DNA from: Candidatus Hydrogenedentota bacterium
GTDB lineage: Bacteria; Hydrogenedentota; Hydrogenedentia; Hydrogenedentales; SLHB01
Assembly: GCA_045863295.1 (NCBI GenBank)
Contig: BTWA01000070.1
Location: 1 to 11,278 of the forward strand
DNA: 11,278 nucleotides
Direction of reading: 5' to 3'
Part shown: piece after piece, positions 1 through 6,363 of the stretch
How the letters are laid out: each line of letters opens with the position of its first letter
Position numbering within the stretch: the stretch's first letter is position 1
Notes under the pieces: model-generated
What the model was told of the DNA's origin: nothing
Databases searched by the model: none
The model's input: the letters and a program-made list of their open reading frames with translations, nothing else
Position numbers and translations under genes: made by a program

Positions 1-665
1 ACGCCGGTCGCGTCGAATCTCTGGATTCGATGGTTGTAAGTATCTACCACGTACACCGAACCGTCAGGTCCAACCGTTACCCCGTAGGGACTATAAAGCT
101 GGCCATTGCCGTTGCCGTATCCTCCCCACTGGGTAACGTAAGATCCGATTTCATCAAACTTCTGAATGCGGTTGTTATTCGTATCCGCCACGTACACCGA
201 ACCGTCAGGAGCAACTGAAACGCCGTAAGGACTATTGAATTGGCCGTTGCCAGTGCCCGGACTTCCCCACTGAGCGAGGTAGGATCCATTCGCATCAAAC
301 TTCTGGATGCGGGAGTTGAGCGTATCTGCCACATACACCGAACCATCCGGTCCAACCGAAACGCCGTAAGGATCGTCGAATTGGCCGTTACCAGTGCCTT
401 CGCTTCCCCACTGAGCGAGGTAGGATCCATTCGCATCAAACTTTTGGATGCGAGAGTTAAGTGTATCTGCCACGAATATTGAACCGTCAGGACCAACGGA
501 AATAGACCGGGGTCCGTTGAAAAGGCCGTCGGCAATGCCAGGACCAATTCCAAGTCTGGCCACAAAGTTTCCTTGCGCGTCGGTCTTGACAATGCAAAAT
601 CCACGCTCGTCCGCGATATATGTGCTGCCATCGGGAGCCACTGCTACTCCCGTCGGGTATAACAG
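1..665 (-). repeat. Tandem 141-bp (47-aa) NHL repeat units within the CDS
   Basis: 141-bp periodicity; 262-302 and 403-443 are an identical 41-bp stretch. Five PxG/SxxVxPDGSxY/FxxD motifs are visible. Confidence 0.9.
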
Positions 666-1181
666 CGATAGCGGGTCTACTTGTACCGGCCACCTGCGCT
701 CAAACTCATAGCTCAACGTAGTCCAAGCTAGCACGATATTGCCGGATGCGCCCCCATTGCCATCCACGGCGACATAGTAGGTCATTCCAGGTATGGCAGC
801 TATGGAGAGTTGGCTTTGTGGACCGCCCACATCGTTGTTGGAAGCGAACCGGGTCAATGCATTTACGGCATTACCCGTGTATACCGCGAGGATAGTGTCG
901 AAATTACTGCCTGATGTCTTAAACCGCATTTCGCCACCCGCAGCCGCCGTCCATTTCCACCATACGGACTTGCCGCCCGTGGTACCAAAATGAAATGGCT
1001 CCCCTGCTTCCAGGGTTGCATTGACGTTGGTGCCGGTGGTCTGGCCACTCGAACCGGATATTGCAATGGCGTCGGCAAAGTTGTCGTTGGCGGGTTGGGC
1101 CCAGACTGCGAGCGGTGAAATGAATGCGAAGACCAGTAGTGCTTCGAATGCGGTCGAGAAAAGACACAATGCATTGCGCAT
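1..1181 (-). CDS. Secreted protein with an N-terminal PPC-like beta-sandwich domain followed by NHL-repeat beta-propeller blades (3' end outside window)
   Basis: Read by hand because it is absent from the ORF track (no stop in window). ATG at 1181 with GGGGAGG RBS at 1197-1191; open for 393 codons. Signal-like N-terminus MRNALCLFSTAFEALLVFAFISPLAVWA, then QPANDNFADAIAISG...GGKSVWWKWTA...DTILAVYTG...TYYVAVDG, then five NHL repeats such as FNSPYGVSVAPDGSVYVADTNNNRIQKFD. Confidence 0.9.
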   Translation of the reverse strand, partial: MRNALCLFSTAFEALLVFAFISPLAVWAQPANDNFADAIAISGSSGQTTGTNVNATLEAGEPFHFGTTGGKSVWWKWTAAAGGEMRFKTSGSNFDTILAVYTGNAVNALTRFASNNDVGGPQSQLSIAAIPGMTYYVAVDGNGGASGNIVLAWTTLSYEFERRWPVQVDPLSLLYPTGVAVAPDGSTYIADERGFCIVKTDAQGNFVARLGIGPGIADGLFNGPRSISVGPDGSIFVADTLNSRIQKFDANGSYLAQWGSEGTGNGQFDDPYGVSVGPDGSVYVADTLNSRIQKFDANGSYLAQWGSPGTGNGQFNSPYGVSVAPDGSVYVADTNNNRIQKFDEIGSYVTQWGGYGNGNGQLYSPYGVTVGPDGSVYVVDTYNHRIQRFDATG

Positions 1182-1274
1182 GTAGCCGACCCTCCCCAGT
1201 TCGCCTATGGCGAACGGACCAGCTATCACCTTAAGACACCGGTGCTGCGCCGTACCCGGACTTGAAAACGGAGA

Positions 1275-1303
1275 AATGGAAAGAACTCTTCCCCCCGTGT
1301 CAA
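1275..1303 (-). promoter_or_regulatory. Putative promoter of the NHL gene: TTGACA-N17-TCCATT
   Basis: Perfect -35 (1303-1298), 17-nt spacer, atypical -10 (1280-1275) about 95 nt upstream of the ATG. Confidence 0.35.
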
Positions 1304-1401
1304 CGTGCGGGACCGGCTATCTGCTCATCCCCACGACAGATCCGTTATATGCCTTTCCAGTTGGATTGGCAACAAGAAACTATAGTGACCCGCTGGACGG
1401 T

Positions 1402-1992
1402 CTATGGATAAAGCCGTTGTGTGGTCCAGGTGTTGCCGGATTTGGTGTAGACGAGGCGTTCGTGAAGGCGGAAGGGTTTTTCGAGCCAGAATTCGATTTG
1501 GTTGGGGACGATGCGGAAACCGGACCAGAAATCGGGCCGGGGTACTTTGCCGAGGCCGAATTGAATGGCAAATTGGGCGGCACGCTTTTCAAGGGCATGG
1601 GGCGTTTCGAGTGGGTGGGATTGCTTGGATGCGTACGCGCCAATTTGGCTTTGCCGGTCGCGAGAGGCAAAGTAGGCATCGGCTTCTTCATCGGAAACGG
1701 CTACGGCCTCGCCTCGAACGCGAATCTGCTTGCCCAGCGGGGTCCAGTAGAAACACAGCGCGGCATGTGGATTGGCCGTCAACTGTTGCGCTTTTACACT
1801 GCCGAGATTGGTGTAGAAAACGAACCCTCGATCATCCACGCTTTTCAGCAGCACCATGCGGACATCGGGCGCACCGGCTTCGTCCACGGTCGCCAAGGCC
1901 ATGGCGGTGGGTTCGCGCAAACCACACTGCTTGCCGTCTTCGAACCATTGCATGAACAGTTCGATGGGATTGTCGAGGACTGGAATCGTCAT
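1402..1992 (-). CDS. pdxH: Pyridoxamine/pyridoxine 5'-phosphate oxidase
   Basis: 196 aa with family motifs EPTAMALATVD, RMVLLK, GFVFYTNLGSVK, QIRVRG, YFASR, SQIGAYASKQS, PRPDFWSGFRIVP, IEFW, RLHER and the C-terminal RLYP. Confidence 0.97.
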   Translation of the reverse strand: MTIPVLDNPIELFMQWFEDGKQCGLREPTAMALATVDEAGAPDVRMVLLKSVDDRGFVFYTNLGSVKAQQLTANPHAALCFYWTPLGKQIRVRGEAVAVSDEEADAYFASRDRQSQIGAYASKQSHPLETPHALEKRAAQFAIQFGLGKVPRPDFWSGFRIVPNQIEFWLEKPFRLHERLVYTKSGNTWTTQRLYP

Positions 1993-2012
1993 TCCCGTCG
2001 CATCCGATTCCG

Positions 2013-2555
2013 TTATTGCGCGCCGCCAGGAGCGGGCATGATCGTCGACGATCGGGAGATGTTCTCCACTTTCTTCTGTATAGCGGGGTGATCGCCGAAG
2101 AACACGCTGATCCGAGCCATGCTTACTCCCGGATTGTCGCGCAGGAAATCGCGGGCCGCGGTAGCATCTTTTCGCTCTTCTTCGGAAACCTCGCCGTCAT
2201 CGAGATCGTAGACAACGAGTGCGGCGCAGGTGACTATGGCGTAGAACGAGGACTCGGGTTTTTGTGAAATGTCCACGAGGTCGGCATACACGGGCAGGTC
2301 TGCATCCGGTACGCGGTTTTCTTCCACGGCCTTCTCAAACTTGGTCTTTGCCGCGGCGGCCGCATGCGGACGCAATTTGGCAAACATGTAAGACATGAAC
2401 CCGTAACACCCGCCAATGGACACGAGCACGATGGTGATGAGCAACAGACAGCCGATCAGGCAACCTCGTTTTACTTTGCTGCCTGCCGGTTTACCTTGCG
2501 GGACTACGGGCGTATCCTGGCCAGGCAGACCGGCCGGTTCAAGACTATCGCTCAC
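2013..2555 (-). CDS. Hypothetical membrane-anchored protein (one N-terminal TM helix)
   Basis: 180 aa; GTG start with AAGGAG RBS (2568-2563); basic KVKR followed by hydrophobic GCLIGCLLLITIVLVSIGGCYG; ends 20 bp before pdxH on the same strand. Confidence 0.8.
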   Translation of the reverse strand: MSDSLEPAGLPGQDTPVVPQGKPAGSKVKRGCLIGCLLLITIVLVSIGGCYGFMSYMFAKLRPHAAAAAKTKFEKAVEENRVPDADLPVYADLVDISQKPESSFYAIVTCAALVVYDLDDGEVSEEERKDATAARDFLRDNPGVSMARISVFFGDHPAIQKKVENISRSSTIMPAPGGAQ

Positions 2556-2591
2556 GATCAGGCTCCTTAATACCGTTTCTTGATTCGGGGC

Positions 2592-2606
2592 GCATCGGCA
2601 GTGCCA
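2592..2606 (-). promoter_or_regulatory. Possible sigma54 (-24/-12) promoter TGGCAC-TGCCG-ATGC
   Basis: GG-N10-GC spacing is intact with one mismatch to TGGCAC-N5-TTGC; lies about 36 nt upstream of the 2555 start. Confidence 0.3.
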
Positions 2607-2645
2607 ATGGCGTAAAGCGCCTGCTGCCGGCGCGAAGAAGACCCC

Positions 2646-4052
2646 CTATTGTACGTGGCCCGTCCCGGACAAGGCAACCGGTTGCGCCCCGACGGATTCG
2701 CCGGCCGAGGTCCGGCGGCCGGCAAGCACTGTACGCAACTCATTCAAGACCGAGCTAAAATTGGCGTCCGCCGATCGATCCGTGAGTTCGAATGGATCCT
2801 CTCTGAGATCGAATAGTTCTTCCCGCCCCGACTTCAGATGCAGCACCAGTTTGTAGCGATCGGTTCGCACCATGCGGAAGAGGTCGTCGTAGTGGCAGAA
2901 GATGTCGTCCCGTACGGATTCGGCGGTTCCTTCGGCCAGTCCGCGCAGGCTCTTGCCATCGACCGATGCGGGCAAGGGCACGCCCGCATAGTCGCATGCC
3001 GTGGGCATGAAGTCCATCAGGTCAACCAGCGCACCGCTCACGGCGCCTTGACGAACGCCTGGCCCTCGAACAATACAGGGTACTCGCACGCCTTCTTCGT
3101 AGAGCGTCTGCTTTCCCAATAGCCCGTGACTGCCAAGGGTGAGACCGTTGTCGCCGCCGAACATCACGACGGTGTTTTCCCACTGGTTCGCCTGCTTGAG
3201 ATGATCGACGATGCGGCCAATGGAACGATCCACATGCGCAATCATCGCGTAGTACCGGCCAATCTCAATCTTGATCGCCTCGGGATCGAGTGGCCTTGGC
3301 AGGAGCAGCTCATCCCGTATGTCGAGGGTGCCGGGATCAAATAGCGGTTGCGGCATAAAGTTGGGCGGCAGCGAAACTGCATCAACCGGGTATTCATTTT
3401 CGAATCCCGGAGGCGTGACGCGTGGATCGTGAGGCGCTGTATAGCACACGAACAAACACCACGGTTCGGGCAGCAAATTCGTTAGTAGATCGATTGCGCC
3501 GTCCGTGAAAATCTCTGTCGGGTGGCCGTTCATCACGGCCTTGGGATCATCCGCGCCTTGCACGACGGGAATGCTGTCGTAATTGTTCATGCCGCCGAGA
3601 AAAACGTTCTTCATCCTGGCAAACCCGTGATGCACCGGGCGCTGATCGTTGTGCCACTTTCCGGTATAGCCGCAGGTGTACCCCGCCTCCGACAGAAGCC
3701 GCGCGAGCCGCGGCGCCTCAGGCGCAATCTTCTGGCCGAAAAAGTTCACCGCGTTGTGAAAACCGTATTGGCCGGTCTGCACGCAGGCGCGGCTGGGTGT
3801 GCAGATTGGGTTGGACACAAAGCAATGGCTGAAGCGCGTGCCCTCGGCCGCGATCGAATCCAAAACGGGCGTGCGAATCTCCCGGTTGCCCGCACAGCCG
3901 AGCGCACGAAAATTATGATCGTCGGAGATAATGATGAGAAGATTGGGACGCTTGGGTTCATTCTCCACGGCGCGTGAGCCAAGCGCCAACGCCGAGGCGC
4001 CGGTGGCGGCCATTTGGCACATGGCGGTTCTGCGTGAAATGGTGCCTCTCAC
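2646..4052 (-). CDS. Formylglycine-dependent (S1 family) sulfatase with probable Tat signal peptide
   Basis: 468 aa; PNLLIIISDDH, catalytic CTPSR, GYTGKWH, APHDP, GDNG, GKQTLYEEGVRVP, ELFDLREDPFE; N-terminal ISRRTAM twin-arginine followed by a hydrophobic stretch; GAGGA RBS before the GTG start. Confidence 0.93.
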   Translation of the reverse strand: MRGTISRRTAMCQMAATGASALALGSRAVENEPKRPNLLIIISDDHNFRALGCAGNREIRTPVLDSIAAEGTRFSHCFVSNPICTPSRACVQTGQYGFHNAVNFFGQKIAPEAPRLARLLSEAGYTCGYTGKWHNDQRPVHHGFARMKNVFLGGMNNYDSIPVVQGADDPKAVMNGHPTEIFTDGAIDLLTNLLPEPWCLFVCYTAPHDPRVTPPGFENEYPVDAVSLPPNFMPQPLFDPGTLDIRDELLLPRPLDPEAIKIEIGRYYAMIAHVDRSIGRIVDHLKQANQWENTVVMFGGDNGLTLGSHGLLGKQTLYEEGVRVPCIVRGPGVRQGAVSGALVDLMDFMPTACDYAGVPLPASVDGKSLRGLAEGTAESVRDDIFCHYDDLFRMVRTDRYKLVLHLKSGREELFDLREDPFELTDRSADANFSSVLNELRTVLAGRRTSAGESVGAQPVALSGTGHVQ

Positions 4053-4121
4053 TGTATTGAGTCCTCTTGTCGCGAATGCGGTTTGACGTGCGGGCCACTC
4101 AATCGCCCCACGCGAAGACCA

Positions 4122-5387
4122 TCAGATGTGCGGTTGGTGCGGGAGCACGCGGCGCAGTTCTTCGAGTGTGGTAATGCCTTCCCGCACTTTGACCACGCCG
4201 TGTTGCGTTAGCGGGATCATGCTGTAATCGCGTACAGCGGCGGAATGCAGGGACATGGTCGTGGGACGGCTGAGGACGAGCTCCGCGAAGTCCGGGTTCA
4301 CGGTAAGGAGTTCACAGATGGCCGTACGGCCGCGATATCCGATACCGTTGCATTCCGAGCAGCCCTTGCCGCGAATGAACGGGCCGTCTTCTTCGGTCAG
4401 ACCGTATTGAGAAAGCATTTCCGGCGCGGGTTTGTATTTCACGCGGCATTTCTTGCAGATGACCCGGACCAGACGCTGGGCCATGACGCCGGTGACCGAC
4501 GAGGCTACCAGATAAGGTTCGAGTTTCATGTCCAACAGGCGCGTGAAAACGCCGGCGGCCGTGCCACTGTGGATCGTGCTGATTACCAAGTGGCCGGTCA
4601 GGCCGGATTGAATCGCCATCTGCGCCGTTTCCGGATCGCGAATCTCGCCAATCATGATCACTTCGGGATCCTGCCGGAGAATGGACCGCAATGCCTTGTC
4701 GAACGTAAACCCGGTTTGGTGATTCACCTGCGACTGGGCTATGTCGTCGAAACTATATTCGACCGGATCTTCAATGGTGACAATGTGCGAAGTAGTCTTC
4801 TGATGTTTCCGTATTTCGTTGAGCAACGAATAGATCGTGGTGGATTTGCCGCTGGAACTGGGGCCGGTCAGGAGCAGGGTCCCCTGAGAACGGCTGGTGA
4901 TGCTTCTCAGCTTCTTCACGATCTCAGAGGGCAAACCCAACTCTTCGGGATTGAGCAGGCCCATGGCCACACCCAGAATGCGGATTACAGTCTTTTCACC
5001 GTTGGTCGTGGGAAAAGTAGCGACGCGCATGGCGTGGCCGCAAGGGGTCTTATCGGCGTCGATGCGTCCGTCCTGGGGGTGCTCGCGCTGGTAGACAATG
5101 AGATCGGCCAACACCTTGATCCGGGCGATGATCTTGGACTGAAACGCCTTGGGCAGATTGGCGACTTCGTGCAGGATGCCGTCAATGCGGAACCGGATGG
5201 ATAACCCGTCGGCCAAGGGCTCGAAGTAGACGTCGCTGGCGCCGTGAAATGCCCCCTGGCATAGGGCAATGTCGACGGCATGGGTCGCGCCGGCTTCGCC
5301 GTTTTCGAGGGCTTTCAGTAGAAACTGTTCGATTTGGGTTGTAAGAACGGGCTGCGTAGTACCCGGAACATCGTGGCGTAAGGCCAT
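4122..5387 (-). CDS. GspE/PilB-family secretion/pilus assembly ATPase (short form)
   Basis: ASDVYFEP, RFRIDG, PQDGR, Walker A GPSSSGKST, TIEDPVEY, Walker B LRQDPEVIMIGEIRD, His box TGHLVISTIH, Zn motif CKKC...CSEC, GYRGR, GITTLEE. Start placed at ATG 5387 (or TTG 5390) behind AGGAG at 5405-5401, not at 5459. Confidence 0.93.
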   Translation of the reverse strand: MALRHDVPGTTQPVLTTQIEQFLLKALENGEAGATHAVDIALCQGAFHGASDVYFEPLADGLSIRFRIDGILHEVANLPKAFQSKIIARIKVLADLIVYQREHPQDGRIDADKTPCGHAMRVATFPTTNGEKTVIRILGVAMGLLNPEELGLPSEIVKKLRSITSRSQGTLLLTGPSSSGKSTTIYSLLNEIRKHQKTTSHIVTIEDPVEYSFDDIAQSQVNHQTGFTFDKALRSILRQDPEVIMIGEIRDPETAQMAIQSGLTGHLVISTIHSGTAAGVFTRLLDMKLEPYLVASSVTGVMAQRLVRVICKKCRVKYKPAPEMLSQYGLTEEDGPFIRGKGCSECNGIGYRGRTAICELLTVNPDFAELVLSRPTTMSLHSAAVRDYSMIPLTQHGVVKVREGITTLEELRRVLPHQPHI

Positions 5388-5540
5388 CAAGACGCGAATT
5401 CTCCTGCGTTGCCGACGAATCGACCGGACCGGCGGCCGCCGGCACGTTTGGACCCTCAACGGTCAATCAATCATGACCGGTCCCGACCCCGTGCGCGTAA
5501 GCGTACTGCATTTGGCCCGGCGAAACAATGCCCAAAAGGG

Positions 5541-5569
5541 TTGACGGAATGGCTGGCTTCCCCTCCATT
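5541..5569 (+). promoter_or_regulatory. Putative promoter TTGACG-N17-TCCATT facing into the intergenic region
   Basis: Near-consensus -35 and the same spacer length and downstream heptamer (TCCATTT) as the site at 1303-1274. Confidence 0.25.
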
Positions 5570-6024
5570 TGCCGCATTACAGACCCACGCCAACGCGAAA
5601 TGCGTTGCGCCTTTATGATTCCTTGCCGGTGCAGACGCGGACAACAGGAATCATGGACGGCGATCGGTTTGGCGAGTGAAAGCGGTGTCGGCGGCTGACG
5701 CCTTTGCTACCGTGCTCCACAGCCATCCCTCTTATTCTCTTGGGGTAATCTGTTGCATTCGTGGCTACCATGAGAGGGCTGGCGCCGTGGCCCCCATCGA
5801 ATCCCCATATCGCCGACGCTTTTGGTTGCATTTTCTTAGCGGATTGAAACAAGGGTAAATGATGGATTTGCGCGGTTTAAGTATTTGTTATTTTGGGCGG
5901 AATGGAGTAGCTGGTTGTGGTGGGGAATTGAACACGTTCACAGTTTACACCGATGCACACGGATTTCAAGTGGGTGCTGGCGTACGGGTTGTAGGTGGTT
6001 GACGGCTGTATTGATCCTCCAATG

Positions 6025-6083
6025 TGTTGAAGTCATTTCCAGTAAACCCGGAAAGGAATGAAATGGCGTTTCTCAACAGGCTG
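6025..6083. repeat. Imperfect inverted repeat, possible IS-end/MITE remnant
   Basis: TGTTGA-A-GTCATTTC (6025-6039) pairs with GAAATGGC-GTTTC-TCAACA (6060-6078). The right end TTTCTCAACAGGCTG resembles IS5/IS1182-type termini (from memory). Confidence 0.4.
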
Positions 6084-6187
6084 AAACTTTGACTCTTGGA
6101 GATCCCCGACGCGCGTTGCACGCGAGGTGGGACTGGGGTCACGGGCAGGTTTGATGGTTTGGGGGCGTGGTGGCCTGGCGATGTGCC

Positions 6188-6228
6188 GCCAGCAAGCTGG
6201 CTCAGGTAGAGCGGGAGCAAGCTCCCGC
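6188..6228. repeat. REP-like palindrome doublet
   Basis: GCCAGC-AA-GCTGGC (6188-6201) and GCGGGAGC-AA-GCTCCCGC (6211-6228) are two perfect stems sharing the AGC-AA-GCT core. Confidence 0.6.
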
Positions 6229-6265
6229 AGGCCAGGGGGCGGCTGAATTTTGCCTTGGCGGCTCC

Positions 6266-6294
6266 TTGACAGTGGCGGTCTTGCTTCTGATAAT
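6266..6294 (+). promoter_or_regulatory. Sigma70-type promoter of the ABC transporter cluster
   Basis: TTGACA (6266-6271), 17 nt, GATAAT (6289-6294); about 70 nt upstream of the ATG at 6364. Confidence 0.75.
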
Positions 6295-6363
6295 GTGCTC
6301 TCAAATACTGGCGGTGTCGGCCAGTGCAGTGTATTAACCTTGGCAAGCGGCGTAGTGAGTCTC

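Noticed and set aside
1..500. Periodic repeats as a possible CRISPR array or DGR template/variable pair
   Set aside because: The 141-bp period is in frame and encodes NHL blades. There are no unique spacers, differences are not adenine-specific, and no cas or reverse transcriptase gene is present.
30..1174. Eight short ORFs in the track over the left end
   Set aside because: They are alternative-frame or antisense shadows of the minus-strand NHL gene 1181->1, which has the RBS and recognisable domains.
1207..2091. 294-aa plus-strand ORF
   Set aside because: Antisense to pdxH with no recognisable motifs; a typical high-GC shadow ORF.
4245..5204. 319-aa plus-strand ORF
   Set aside because: Antisense shadow of the GspE/PilB ATPase.
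5388..5459. N-terminal extension of the ATPase in the ORF track
   Set aside because: Arg-rich, non-protein-like sequence; the AGGAG RBS supports a start at 5387/5390.
5903..5940. tRNA 3'-end-like sequence (GGGAATTGAAC, reverse complement of a T-loop)
   Set aside because: The T-stem arms do not pair, spacing to a CCA end is wrong, and there is no cloverleaf.
5460..6250. c-di-GMP or cobalamin riboswitch upstream of the ATPase or ABC genes
   Set aside because: I could not find the conserved cores (GGCAAA...GAAA...GACGCAAAGC; GGGAA...GCCACTG...GGGAAG) on either strand.
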